64,000 bases of DNA from Takakia lepidozioides. Taxonomy: Eukaryota; Plantae; Bryophyta. The first letter of the stretch is position 1, and each line of letters starts with the position of its first letter. Where the stretch lies: positions 25,606,001 to 25,670,000 of the forward strand of contig CM060731.1 of assembly GCA_030704615.1 (NCBI GenBank), in the 5' to 3' direction. Of the stretch, positions 1 through 13,709 are shown one piece after another. Made by a program: the position numbers and the translations under genes. The notes beneath the pieces are model-generated. The model did no database searches and was not told the origin of the DNA. It saw nothing but the letters and a program-made list of their open reading frames with translations.

Positions 1-5
1 TTTGA

Positions 6-349
6 AAACAAAAGAAAATACAGAGTTTAAACATTTTTACCACTAACCATGACTATGATTTGCCAAAGAGTTATGGTTAACCATAACTATGACCTGTGAC
101 AAAGAATATCAACTCTACGGGAATTTGACATGGCCCACCTAATTTAATGAGAAGTACCCATGAGTGGGGAATTCCTCAAAAATTGGATGAAGCGGAAAAC
201 AAAATACAAAGTTTAAACATTTTTACCACTAGCCATGACTATGGCTTGCCAGAGAGTTATGGATACATAACTATAATCTATGATAGAGAATGTCAACTCT
301 ACGTGAATCTTGACATGGCCCACCTAATTTAATGAAGTACCCATGAGTG
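6..349. repeat. Two diverged tandem copies of a ~180-bp unit
   Basis: The block 'aaatac..agtttaaacatttttaccacta.ccatgactatg...gacatggcccacctaatttaatga..gtacccatgagtg' occurs at ~6-168 and again at ~195-349. Confidence 0.8.
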
Positions 350-1420
350 CCCAATATTGTGAGTAAGCTTGCGGAACCTGGCGACCTACATGTATTTAAT
401 GATTCTGGCAGGGCGAAATAGAGGGGCCACTACGGTACACTCCCAATTTCTTTGATCTAGCCATGGAGGCCATCAAGCTCTGTGGACAACCTCCTTTGTA
501 GTAATCCATAGGTGCACAACTGAATTTTCTGCACTTTGCCACCGAGCTTTTTGGTTTAGGAGCAGATTTGTCGAGGTTTTTGGTCCGTCCCAATGTCATG
601 AATGAAGGTCTACTAAATGTTTGACTGAATCTGTCCGCTGAAATCCCCTCAGATGGGTTTCCCTTATTGTTTCTCAGGGCTTATTCAATGGGCTACCCCT
701 CTGAGGATGGAGCCAGCCTGCATTCATAGATGGCCGTGCAGAGGGTGGGACCCACCCCTCCGCTCCCTCCATCCTCAATTTCGACCGGCGTGCCATCTAG
801 GGGAACTCCGCACCAAGGTTCGGGCAGCAGGGAAGGCAAATCTGCCCGCATGTCCGATTTGCGCCGCGAGAATCGCCATAACAGTTTGCCATGTGCGGCA
901 ATGGTCCCGGGGCAGGAGTCATTGGAAAGCGCTCGTTGGCCGTTACACTTTAGCTGCTTACTGCGTGTCAATCGGACTCCAATCCAGAAAGATATGGGGG
1001 CGGTAGAACGAAGGCCTTGGAGGGTTAACACGTTAACATCCAGTCTTCAGAAGGAGCTCATCGGCACGTCAACTCAACTGAAAGATGAGAACGAGAATAA
1101 CAAATAAATGGATTGCTTAACAGGCTGTTCATGCCACTACCTCCTGTGCATTTTCAAAGGCCAGTAACGGTGGGCAGCCAGGCTCCAATTCTCTACTCAG
1201 TAGACATGCAATATGCAGAAGAATGTACGGACCAGTGGGTTACGATCATAGACCGGCAATTCGGAAGGGTACCTGTGGAACTTCCATTACTAGTAGTCTA
1301 CTGAGGTCATTATAACGACGACTCAGAAAAGGTAATTTTTTCATGGTTGAATGTGAGATGGTTGGCAGATTGACAGCCAATGTACTATGTTTTAGTCACC
1401 CCCGGAACTACCAATAATCT

Positions 1421-4135
1421 CTACAATTTACTTGATACTTCGGCATCCAAGGCCTTCGCTCTCTCCCGCAGTACAAACTTTTGAATCTTTCCTGTTGAAG
1501 TCTTAGGGAGCTCACAGAACACTACTGTCCGGGGGACAGCAAATCTGGGAAGATGCTTTCTGCAGTAGGATATAATACTCTCAGGGGACAACACCTTCCC
1601 AGACCCCTTCAATGTGACAAATGCACAGGGTGTCTCACCCCAGTACGAGTGGGGCCGTGCCACCACTGCAGCTTCAAAGATGTCAGGGTGCTGATACAGC
1701 ACAGACTCAACCTCAACTGAACTTATATTTTCACCCCCAGAGATAATGATGTCCTTCGACCTGTCCTTGACCTCAATATACCCATCTGGGTGCATTACTG
1801 CCAAGTCCCCTGTGTGAAACCAACCTCCCTCAAACGCGAGTCTTGTTGCTTCCTCGTCTTTTAAGTAGCCCTTCATGATTGTGCTTCCCTTCGCCATAAT
1901 CTCACCAACTGTGCTCCCATCTCGTGGAACTGGAGCCATAGTGGACGGATCCAACACATCAACTGCTTGAAGGCCAAGGTGGAGAACCCCTTGTCGGGCT
2001 TTTAGATGAGCCCGAGCTTGAGGGGGCAGGGCATCCCACTCAGGCTTCCAATCACATACTAGAGTCGGGCCAAAAGTCTCTGTTAGACCATAAGAGTGAG
2101 TAACTGAGAATCCCTGCTCCTCCATTTCAAAGATGACCGATGGAGGTGGGGGGGCCCCTCCAGTGAGGACATCGACTCTCCCTGGAAGGCGCTGTTTGTC
2201 ACCAGCTTCTGCATTTGCGATCATGTTTAAGACTACAGGAGCTCCACACAAATTTGTGACTTTGTACTTCACAATTGACTCATAGATTGCCTTTGTCTCC
2301 ACATTTCTCAAAATAATGTTTGTGCCTGCGATAGCGGCAACTCCCCAAATGTAGCACCAGCCATTGCAATGAAACATGGGGAGTGTCCACAGATAGACTG
2401 CACCCTGCTTCATGCCCCAAGATTGAATTGAGATGAGGGCGGTGACATATGCTCCCCTGCACAGGATATAAGACTTTCAACAACACTTTGTGCATAATTC
2501 TGGAAAAAAATCACAAAGATACCATTGGTAAGAGATAGGAGACACGCAGCTTGACGTCATTTTATGCCGATCAGCTTTGCACATGGTATGTATGGATGTG
2601 AAGAGGGCAAGAATGAGGTCAATGTCATGGCCCCAGGCTTGCTCGGTACTAACCAATATGATTAGTTGATTAGTTGGTTAGTTGGTTCCAGCCTTCCACA
2701 TGCCAGCATTCGCAGGGAAAGATAATGAGCTAGACTAGTAGTGCAGAAACCAATCACATACTTTCAGTATGATGCTCATGGCAGCTAAGTATGATCTCAC
2801 AATTTGCTGTGACTAGATTGTTGTCAGCTTTATAAGTAATATGGAAGATATTCGGTCAGCCCATGAGACTCTGATGGGGATAGGAACAGTCCGCAAGAAC
2901 ATTCTCTTCACAAGGGAGAGCTGAGGTGGTTCTGCATTGAGTTGTCACCGAACTCGGAGGTCCATGGCCGCAAGGCTGTGACATCTGTGTAACAACAAAA
3001 TGACTCCTCTGTCACGGCTAACTTTGGCAGTGGATGGACAATGATTACTCTCATGCTTCTCTTCCCCTTCTCTCTCACAGTAAAGAGAAACATGAACTTG
3101 ACCTGTGATGGTAAAGCACACCCTTGGGACGTGAAGTTGTGCCCGATGTGTAGTTCAGAGTGATTGTATCCCACTCATCTGCAGGCCACTGCCAAGGAAA
3201 CTGGGGATCTCCACTTTGCAAGAGGTCCTCATACTCCACTAGCTCTCCCCAACCAGGAAGAAAGGTGTTGAAACCATCGGATGCACCTCCATCACTACTT
3301 GTGTCTTCTATGAGAATGATGTGGGGTGGTCTGGCTGGGGCATTGGAGGAGGATAACCATATCTCAAGAGCTTTGTGAACAACTGGTAAGAATTGGAAGT
3401 CCACAAACACAGCTTTTGTCTCACAGTGGCTAAAAAGTGTGGACATGGTGCGGGCATCCAGACGAATGTTGATAGTATTGAGCACTACCCCAGCCATGGG
3501 CATTCCAAAATGCATTTCATAGACTGCAGGACAATTAGGCGCAACCACCGATACCTGCAGTTCCATACACAATTCTCAGACCCGTGGACTGCCTACATTG
3601 AAAATTCCTTTAATAAAAGTGGATCTCTTTTCAGGCCTGGTGTTGAGAGGCTGCATGTGTGTTTGAGAGAGAGAAAGAATTTAACCATGACTTCTTCCCA
3701 GTGGCTGTAGAACTTAAGAAACACAACCCCCTATGTTTGGGTCACAACCCAGATATGGAACTTCCGCAGCTTCCTCTTTCAGACAGAGGCGCCTATTTGC
3801 TCTATTGGGCTTTACTCTGGCTGGTCTCCGTCACCACTGTGAAATTCAAAAGCAAATCAGACTAATTCCAGAAGAGAAGAGATGGAGCAAGAGGGATCTG
3901 CAACATACAAATGACTGTGGGAATTACTGACCGTTTCACCAACTGATGCAAACGTCGAGAGTTTTGAGGCCAGCCGCCGGCAGCGCTCGTATGTGTGAGC
4001 CCAGGTGTAGTGACGACGGCCATAAATCAGTGATGTTCTCTCTCCAAAGACGAATGCTGCCCTCTCCAGAAACGACAGAGGGGTCAGAGGTACGTAATTC
4101 GCAGCGCCTCTTGGAAGTGGGTCTTCGGTCGCCAT
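1421..4135 (-). CDS. Peroxisomal acyl-activating enzyme / acyl-CoA synthetase (plant AAE1/AAE7/BZO1-like clade), 3 exons, ~563 aa
   Basis: Exons 4135-3932, 3554-3103 and 2456-1421 have GT-AG introns and consistent phases. Motifs: N-terminal ANYVPLTPLSFLER, AMP-binding YTSGTTSRPKG, YGLTET, GWFHTGD, LPKTSTGKIQK; C-terminal PTS1 SKL. Confidence 0.93.
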
Positions 4136-5009
4136 GCTATTCTGCGGAAGACCTCGACTGTGTTATATGCGCGCCTGCTACTTTGCGTTGCTACAAGAAT
4201 GGGAAGGTCACAACCAGATACACACACAACCACACACCCCTTCCTCACATCCACAACAACTCCAGCTCAGCCCCTGGTCAAGTTCAAACGTTCATCTCAC
4301 ACGAAAGTTCTCACTACTTGAACCGGACATCAAAGGTGTGCGACATCAGCTCGCCCCACACAAAATGTGTGCGAGAATTACAAACTGCCTCCTGTAACAA
4401 GCTCTCACTTTAATAGGATGTTGCGTGTAACAATGGTACTACTCCCTCCCCGCTGATCATTGGGAGATCCCCTGGTGAAGGTGAGGATTTGCAGGCACCC
4501 CCGCATCAAAGCACACCTGGATTTTGGCGAGGCCCCTTAGTCTTGCTTCGGTTGTTTCCTCTTCACTGTGTTTGCCTTTCTGCCGTGTGGCTCTTCTCTC
4601 CCGCTCTTCGGGTTCCTGTAACTCCGCTTCTCTCCCTGCGGCCTGCTGTTGATTAGGCCCGCTTTCTCGCTACCCTCCTTCCTTTGTCCTGTTGGTGTCT
4701 CCTTCAGTTTAGTTTCTTCGGCTCTCTGGTCCTTTCTCTTTGGTGCTGGGAACTTCTGGCCGTCACGTTTTCCTCCTGCATTCCTCCTTCATTAATGCAT
4801 TTCCAGGGCCTCTGCAGGCTGCTTTAAGAATTTTAAAAGTCCTTTCCGCAGCAACACTGAACCCAGCCGCCATCCACACACACCGTGCTTGGGGGAAGTA
4901 CAGTGTAGAGAGTGAGATACTTAGTGCTGGGTGGGCCATAGCTGCTGTGCTTCCTGGTGTTTTTGCCATTTGGGTTTCTCTCTCTGTCAGATGCAAAGAA
5001 ACCTACATA

Positions 5010-5160
5010 GGGTAACTGTACCTATCATTCCCCATTTTAAGACTTTGAGAAGCCATAACTTGTTCACATGATCATATTATGGTGCAAAATTTGGACCTAG
5101 GGGGAGGTTGGCAAGTTGGCTTCATGATAGGGGTTTGTGCAATGATAGGTACAGTTACCC
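5010..5160. mobile_element. 151-bp MITE with perfect 20-bp TIRs
   Basis: GGGTAACTGTACCTATCATT (5010-5029) and AATGATAGGTACAGTTACCC (5141-5160), flanked on both sides by TACATA. Confidence 0.85.
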
Positions 5161-5751
5161 TACATATTTGGAGTCTGGACGTACATGTAATGTTGACTGT
5201 GCGCGCTGAAGTCAGTGGAGAAAATGTGGTCAGTCAGCTGTTGCTCTGAAGACATTCATTTGGTTTTGGTGTGGATATATTGCACCCCAATCGCCAAAAG
5301 AACAGTTAAGCAAAGAAAATTGGACATGTAACAAAGCTCTGGGAACAAAGGTGGCACATGGCTACTGCATGCCATGTGAAAGGGAAGTAACTTATTGATG
5401 GCATGCAAGAAAAAGAGCTGTTACAGTTTTTGTATACTCCAGGTGTCCACATGCTATTCGCCATGGCTCTGCTGGAATATTTAACTTTTCTGGAAGAGGA
5501 CATCCGGCAGGTTTTTTGAGATTAGAGTCTAAAGTCATGAAGGTTATGAGAGACTAGGTTTAGTGTAGAGAGCAGGAACAGGGTGTCATAGTAACACGTC
5601 ATTTTTGTCACATGGTCCTCATTTTATGGCTGTCCAAAAGAAAAAACCTGAATTTTGAAAATCTATTTTAGGAATCTGCTCTAATACTACCTACTTTCTT
5701 CCGTTATTTTTGTTTCGTCACCATGCATATAGGTACCACCTCAAAAGTGAC

Positions 5752-8595
5752 CAATGTTGTGTTGGGACTGCCGGGTCGGGGTTCGGATTTTCTTCTGGAA
5801 CCAAGTCCGGGTCCGGATACGGGTTCTTAAAATTTGGAAAATCGAGGTCCGGGTTCGGGTCCGGGTTTTTTGAACACGGACTTGGGTCCGGGTCTGGGTA
5901 GTTGCTGGAAAATATTAGCAGTTCCGGGTCCTAATAGTTTATTTAAATAAATTTAAAATATAATATTAATTAGAGATAAAATAAAAACTTTTTGGCTGGA
6001 GAAAAAATAAATCCTAATTATGAATTTTACTTTAAGACATATTCCTTCAAAATGTACCGTGAATATGTATGGCTCATTTATAAACTACATGCATGATGAC
6101 ACAATTTGAGTTCCATTCTTCAATATCAATTCGTAAACATGTAAAGAAACGTGATATGCCTCAAGGCTCATCATAGATCAATATAGCATGGATGTGTGGG
6201 AGCTGGCCTAATGATAATATATAATGCTTCCCCAAGTTACAGTGTCACTACGTATCCCTGTCACTGTGTATCGGAAAGCCAAGTACGGTGGGAACAGCCA
6301 ATCGTGTGGGATCGCGGGAGGTTTGGAGTTTGGAGAGGAAGGAAGTGGCTCGACCGGACATAGACTCCTGTATGGGTCGCAGGTAGGACTGCATGCAACC
6401 TTTTTTATTATCACGCCAGGCCCAACGCAATCTGCAGAAGCGGACGTCATAGAGGAGGCGAGATACATTCAGTGCATCGGAGAAATATCAGAGCGACTCA
6501 GTGAGCGTACCTTTGAACCGATCTATTCTATTGCGTCATGCTGTCAAAGGGTCGTACACAAGGTGCCGACGCATAACCTGTAAAACTTGAATCCATGAAA
6601 GAGATAAAGCCATTGCAAATAGACGCTTAGGCAAAAATTACTTGAAATAAGCGTCACTATAGCGGTAGTAGGAGCAGACATCCATCCAGAACGTTTTTTA
6701 CGAACACAATGTTTGTTAAGTGTTTGTTCACTAGAGAGATGAGGAATTTGTTTCATGGGCATCTACAAATGGTGTATAAGGACTACATATCGAGTTTGAT
6801 CATGCTCAACAATTAAATTAAAAAACGCTTTAGGTTGGGACAATCCAACAGCTGCACCAGCCGGACATCATGTTCACTGCAAGCTATGAGGCAAAAGCCT
6901 GCATACATATATTGGCATGATCGGGTACTGTCTCAAAAACATTGACGAATCAGATTTCCACTTCGTTTAGAGAAACGATACGATGAGCTAGAATGGATGA
7001 GTATACAAAGTTTAGTGCATGTTTTCAAAAAAACAGATTTGTCTCTCACACCAAAACGTTTTGGAGAGAGCACGCATGTGGTGCAAATACAAAATGAGAG
7101 GACAATTAAACTCAATGCTGCAACATGTTCTCCTCCATGTGATGAAGTCCGATCAGTATTTCCATTCTGCCAATAGGATTGTACCAGTTCAAAACAGTGG
7201 AATGGAATTTGAAAGAGTAGGTTCTATCTGGAAATGTATGATGAGAACACATGACCTGGAGAGATGGTAAATGTTGCTCGAGTGTTTTATGAAGTCTCTA
7301 GGTCATCCGCTAGATTAAGAAATTTGGCATCTATTCAGATTGCGAAAAAACTAGAATCTGAGCTTTGTAGCATCGAATCGGATGATCCAGATAGTGTGTG
7401 ATCTGGCAAGGGATGCAGTTCTCATCGATCACCAGATGTCTATTTATTCCTTTGCGATGCAAACGATATGCTAGAAATCAGCAATGCTTTTTTATTTCAT
7501 GTTATAAACTGTCAACGTTGTAATAAAGTGACAAAATTCCATTATATGCATAGCCCAATAAAATGGGCAACTCGTGTTGCAATAAGACATTAAAAGTGTC
7601 TTGTAATAATGTGACAAAAGTTTATACCATCATCAAATTAACTAAACCCCGGAGGGCTATGGCCTTCCAGTAGGACCCAAAACGACTTTTGAGGTGGAAT
7701 GTGCCATTACCACTAGGCTACAACTTGGTTGTCGAGCTTGAGTGGTGGGGGCTGGCTGCTGCATGGGCCTCTTGCTCGTCCCCTCCACACAAATGACATC
7801 TTAGGTGGACCTGCATGCCCCACCATAAACAATAAAAAAACCAAATGCGAAGAGGGAGGAGGTGTACTACCTACTATGAGCTAATCCACTTAGGGAAGAG
7901 ATGTTGTTCTCAAAGTCTTCAGGTGAGCACAATTGTATATTCCTGGAATTTCCGCAAAATTTCCATGAAATTTCCATAGCGCAATGAAATTGACAAAACT
8001 AACAATTATGTGAAACTAACACATAAAAAACAAGTAGCCCCTATACTTGATGAACATGTTATCCTATAGGCGTGGCTTTTTCTCCATAACAGGCGCGAGA
8101 GTGGGCGGTGAGGCTTCACCTCAAATTTAAATCCTCGCCCATGGATAATTTGGCACGGTGAAACTTTGACTGAGAAGAAATTACAGTGTAGCTAAAAAGA
8201 TGAATATGTCACTTTTAAAGTTCCTACCTATTCCTTTTGGATGTGGGATTGTTGGGTGATGGGATTTCCCAATGCAAAACCCACCGCTGCTTAGTTTGTG
8301 CCCATATCACAAAGTATTTCTCAATGTAAAATTCACCGCCAATGCTATAGGTTTAGGGTTTCTGCCTACACAACTGAAGGTTTCGCCTCGCTGGATTGGC
8401 GCAGATGTACTTATGGTTTTATTTCGTTTTGAAAACATATAACTCCTATGACCAAGGTTTAAAAATATAAAACTCTCAAGACCTTGGCTGGGTTGTGCTC
8501 AGGCGAGCACGAGGGAACATGCTCATACGATACCAACCCCCTAGTCTCGGCAACCCGCCAGGTGACCGGGGTCAAACCCGACCTGCACAACACTG
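5752..8595 (+). mobile_element. Diverged hAT-family MITE copy interrupted by a ~2.3-kb insertion
   Basis: 5752-~6250 aligns by eye with the left part of the MITE at 9098 (CGGGT repeats, AT-rich core). 8551-8595 matches its right end (..cctgcacaacactg). No TSD is recognisable, so the two ends could belong to different copies. Confidence 0.65.
6634..7290 (+). pseudogene. Decayed Replitron-type HUH endonuclease (Rep) ORF
   Basis: Translation across stops and frameshifts gives LEISVTIAVVGADI, CSLER*G..GHLQMVYK (HUH-like motif, ~6760), GWDNP..GHHVHCK, LHTYIGMIGYCLK (Tyr at 6926), ICLSHQNVLERARMW and GMEFERVGSIWKCMM. This is the motif order I recognise from plant Replitron transposases. Confidence 0.75.
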
Positions 8596-8661
8596 GTGTC
8601 CACCTTCTTACCGAAAGGCAGTAGCCTTTGGAGACATCATATTACTTCTGGAGCTGTCATA

Positions 8662-8692
<31 letters not shown>
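8662..8692. repeat. (ATT)n microsatellite within an AT-rich tract
   Basis: About ten consecutive ATT units. Confidence 0.9.
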
Positions 8693-8694
<2 letters not shown>

Positions 8695-9097
8695 AATACG
8701 TTTAGATATTAATTATGATAAACCAATCAAAATAATTTCATTGGTTTGCCCAATTTTTGAGTTAATAATATATTATGATAGTACATATATATATATATAC
8801 TATGAATATATAAAAAATAATATCTAATGAAATATCAATATTGGATTTTTATCTCTTATTTATATTGAGACAATGAAAATATAGAGCTTTTAATATTTTA
8901 TAAATATACATACTCTATAATGGATATTAGAATCTATTTAGTCTCTGTCGTTAAGAGTTTATTTTTTAAAAATAAAATAAAATTTATTGTTAATATTTTG
9001 ATTTATAAAAACTTTTATAGAACACACCCTTGAAAGGAACAGTAGCCATAAAATGAAGTGGCCATTAGTTACATTCGGTCTTCTTTGAAGAATAAAC

Positions 9098-9937
9098 CAG
9101 TGTTGTGCGGGTTGTCCCTTTTTAAGAAACCCGCCGGATACAGGTATTGTTTTGGAGCCTAGTCCGAGTTCGGGTCCGGGTTTCTCAACACGGACTCGAG
9201 TCAGGGTTCGGGTAGTTGTTGGAAAATATTAGCGGGTTCACGGGTTCGGATCCGGGTCCTAGTTAATTTATTAAATAAATTATAAAAATAAGATTAATTA
9301 GGGATAAAAATATTTTTGGCTGAAATAAAATTGAATCCTAATAATGAATTTTATATCAGGACACATTCCTTCAAAAAATACCATGAATATGTATTGCTCA
9401 TTTAACATAAGAATTAAAATATAAATTGAGTTCCATTCTTCAATATCAATTCCGAAACATGTTAACAATAGTAATATGCCTCAAGGCTCAAAGATCACTA
9501 TAGCATGGATGTGTGGGAGCCAACCTCATAATAATAATACATGACGCCTCCTTCTGGAGCTATAAATTATGGTGTCACTGGACTCTGCAGGGCACAACTT
9601 CGTGACACCAATCCGTGGATTGAACCCACAACCACTTTAAGTGGCTACAACTTGGTGGCGGCCGGCAGGCTGCTGCAGCGACCTATTGCTCAACACATTG
9701 CAGAACCACATATAAGGTGGACCCCGCATGCCCACCTGAAATTAAGACCCCAACCCGGACCCGCTACACTTGCGAGCGGGTAGCAGGTATACCGGATTCA
9801 GGAGGGTCCGGGTTCGGATCCGGGTTCATTTTAGAAATGAAACCTGGTCAGGGGCGGGGTTTTTGGGGATAGCATTGGTGCCCCGGATCCTAACCCGCCG
9901 GGTACCCGGGGTCAAAACACGGACCCGCACAACACTG
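9098..9937 (+). mobile_element. Non-autonomous hAT MITE, ~840 bp
   Basis: TIRs CAGTGTTGTGCGGGT / ACCCGCACAACACTG; 8-bp TSD GAATAAAC / GAAAAAAC (7/8); many subterminal CGGGT/ACCCG motifs. Confidence 0.9.
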
Positions 9938-12900
9938 GAAAAAACCGAAGAAAAAAATGCCATTAGTTATGTCAACTCTAGCCGGAGTACTCTATATTAA
10001 ATTGATTAATTGATGCGTAAAACGAACATTGTTCTCAGAGCTGGTCACTTCTAGTAGTGTGGAGCAACAGGCAGCCCTAGTCACGATATACAGTATAAAA
10101 GTATATCGGTAGTTCAATGGTAAGTAGGTTCTGTTGGAACAAGTGTTCGGGTTCAAAGATCTGGAAAATTTGGCTTTGGAAGAACAGTAGTTAAATTTAT
10201 CCGGCAACCTAGTTTTTGAAGAAAACATTGTTGGACAGTGTAGGCCAATGCAGTAGTAAAATAATGAATCATGTCTTCCACCCTTACTTCTATCACAGGC
10301 GTCTGAAAGCAGACGGCCGTCAACATTAAGTATATGTCCCCCGGCCCTTATCAATATCATTATATCCTAGGATCGCACTATAGCTAAGCCCGCCATCCCG
10401 CGTAATCTACCCAACTCCCCCCCTCCGTCTCCAAACGCAGCTGAAGGATCTAGTTGTGCCGACGCAGTGGAGAAGGATCGTCGTCCGAGCATCGCCTTGT
10501 AATCTCTCAATTCTAGCCACACCAACTATACTTTCCAGCTTCCTCCGCTTCTAATCCAGCGTCTCGCAACAATGGCTCCCCTAAACATGCAGTTCAGAAA
10601 CAAAGGCCAGAGCTCCGCGAGAGGCCGTGGGCAGCAGAGAGGAAATACAGCAGTCAGGGCCCACCCAGCCTCTGGGACAAGATACATCCAGGCCCATCGG
10701 GCGCAAACGCATGGGACGTTCGACAGGAGAAATGCTCAAGTTTGGCAACCCAGAGAAGCATCGAGACGGGCATCGTCGCCACCTGACCTCCTTATGCAGC
10801 GACCACTCCCACACAGGCCTCAAACCCATCTGTTGTACTCACCCACCCGCCCTGCCAACACACTGGCGCAGCTATAGACCCGTGGACATGCACTGATTTC
10901 CAGAAGATGCAGATTCCCAAAGCCCCCAGGAAGTCCACGATCAGCTTTTGGACCTGCACATTTCATAGGAGGATCTCCAAAGGCAGCACATCCTCATCCC
11001 TGTGGACATGGATGACTTGGACAACAGAATCACAAGCATGGAGGAGCATGGAATACTAGCCCACTTCCCAGGGAGAAAGGTAAGCAAAGCTTTTGTTAGG
11101 GACTCGGCAATCCGTCACTTAGGGGGTTCAGGGGAACTGAAGCAGCAATTCTGCCATGCCAAGGAGAGATGGTTCTTTTCCATAGTCTTTGAAACCCAAG
11201 AAGCTGCTTCTAAGGCCCTTCTTTTCAATCCTCATGTGCGGGGGTTTAATGTAAACATCTTTTCACGGTCGACCAAAATGGGTCATAGGAATGGAAAGCT
11301 GTGGGGACCCAAAGTTGTCTCACTACCCTTTATTCAAGATCAGTACCTGATGAATATACCATACATTGCAAACTACTTTGGATCTTATTTGGGATGTCTG
11401 GGGGTTTTCGACCCACTCATGGACACTGAATTTATTCGGCAGAATGTTGCATGGAAAACAGCTACCATTGCCTCTAGACTGAATGAAACTGGGTTTCCCA
11501 AGATGGTCCTACTCATGCCTGATGAAGACATTCTCCCAGATTTTGTGCCTTCATATAGACAGAGAAGGGAACTTCTACACCATAAGGCTCCTGGAGGATT
11601 TTGCCTCTTCGGCATGCTTCAATTGCGGAAGGCAGGGTCATATAAAGGCTAACAGCCCGCAAGGCAAAAGGAAAAGGTCAATCAGGGCAGGCAAAGCAGC
11701 TGTAACCCAGACTGTCGAGGAAGGATCACCAATAAGTCTGTCGTCGGGCTTAGAAAGACCAATTCAAAAAGCTAGAGTCAATGAAACCAACCCAGGGACA
11801 ATGGATGATCAATTCCAGCCTAGCCCACGCCACACACCTACCACAGTAGGGGGGGTGAAAAACGATCCAATGATTATGGAAGCTGGAAACTCGAGCAGGC
11901 CACAGCAGTCACTACACAACAATCTCAAGCCAACGGATTCATCACCCTTTGGAAACTGCAATCGAGTTCTCAAATCCCATGTGGTCCAAGGGGAGTCTGG
12001 CCTGTTTGTGGTCTCAGGTATTGCAAGTAACCCAGTGTTGGCAAGAATATGCCTGGGACTGCACTCATTTCCAAAACTGGCCTTGGAAGGCTGCTCACAG
12101 TTGGACACCGACAATCCCCCAAAAGCTTCTTGTGTCACCCCACTGGTCTTTAGGAAAAGAAACCCTCTTTCCTTTCTCATTATCTCTAGGAATATGGAAT
12201 GTTTGGAATCACTATGGATCACGAATGATGATATCAGACACTTCATGCAGGTCTACCCACCCAAAAGTAATCTAGATCTCATCATCAAAAAGAAAATCTA
12301 CGATTTCCAGATCATCTGAAGCAATATTATCTATCCAGTCTGACTAATATCTCGTGGGGAGCATACAAAGAGAACCATCCGGGGCTAACCTCAAAACTAT
12401 CCACGCAAGTCTTGGCTCTTATGGAGGAGACGAGGTTTATAATACACCTGCACCGGAGGGTGCCCTCTGGGTCAACGAATCCATAATGAACAGAGTGTGG
12501 GGCAGAGGGGCTTTACCGATCAGAACAAGAGACTCTCAAGAATGCATTCTTGATCCTGTATGCAAGGCTAGAACATGACTTGGATCAGGAAGAGTACCAG
12601 CAGGAGCTGCAAAGAACCAGGACTTCATGAAAGCAGACAAGGGCCCCAACTCTCCAAGGCAAGCATCATCATCCTCCAGCGCATCGATGCCAGAAGGAAT
12701 GATTACGCAAGAACAAGCACAGCCACCGGTGGAAAGACAAGCTACACCCCTGGACACAATGGTGGATCCAGTGCCATAGTCCGGTGAGGCTGCTCCACGC
12801 TCAACTCCAACACCATCGCCAGCAACAAGCAACCATGTAATTACACCATCCCCTCACCTTCTCAACATCCATCATCAGGTACAAAACTTGCTTTATCCAT

Positions 12901-13138
12901 GTTTCATTTTCCAGCCATTATCGCAAGATTGCAAAAGATGCTGGCTGTTGTGCAGGAAAGAGAAGAAACAGCCAAGGATCAAAACCAAAAGACAAATTAT
13001 CCTGGATTTTTCTTAGACACTAACTAGATAGATTTTTCAAAGCCCTCGGCGGAAGCAAACCACATTGTTCGCAATGAACTAGGTCGTATCTTGTACAACC
13101 AAAAGTAGTATCCCTCACATCAGTGGAATGGTCACTTA

Positions 13139-13709
13139 TGTCACGGACATAGCCCAGAGGAACTTACCGAGAGTAAATACCAGAAATTATCAAGTTACCA
13201 TGTTATCGGAAATTACCATGACTTACCGTGATTTATCATTAGTTATCAAGTTATCGGGAGTTTACCAAATTACCAAGAGTAACTTGAGAAACTGCTCAGG
13301 AAGTTTCCTTAGGAGGAAACTTCTCCATCAAGAAACCTCTATAGGGGAAGCTTCTTAAGAAGCTTCTTAATAAACTTCTTAGTAGCCAGTATATATATGA
13401 GACGAGACTGGACACTCTTTAGTCTTGCCAACACAAGTTTAAGCTACTCTTGTTTCCAGTCCCAGTACTCCAGTTCAGCTTCCAATACTCTAGCCCAGTT
13501 TCCAATATTTGGCACTCTAGTCCAGTTTCCAACATTCCAGTATTCAAGTCGAATTCCAGTATCTTATCATCTTGTCCATTGTTATAAAGATCATCTTGTT
13601 TCATGTTTATCCATCATACATTCGGCCACGCCGACCTTGACTTCTTGTCTAGTCGTGTACCTCTAGTCTGATCTCTTGTTTGTATTCAGTCATGTTCTCG
13701 TCCTTGACA
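13139..13709 (+). repeat. 5' LTR
   Basis: TGTCACGGACATAG..CCTTGACA, with internal short repeats (ttaccatg/ttatcaag) and a TATA-like TATATATA at ~13390. Confidence 0.92.

Noticed and set aside
653-1107. Three overlapping 110-125 aa ORFs downstream of the AAE gene
   Set aside because: No recognisable domain or splice structure; consistent with chance ORFs in GC-richer DNA.
5710-5901. Gly/Ser-rich ORF and similar ORFs at 9770 and 34753
   Set aside because: They are translations of the MITE subterminal CGGGT repeats.
7645-8632. Loose inverted similarity between ~7650 and ~8610 as TIRs of another element
   Set aside because: Too many mismatches and no TSD.
13180-13290. Short spaced repeats resembling a CRISPR array
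   Set aside because: They are degenerate ~9-bp tandem motifs inside both LTRs, with no unique spacers, in a eukaryotic context.
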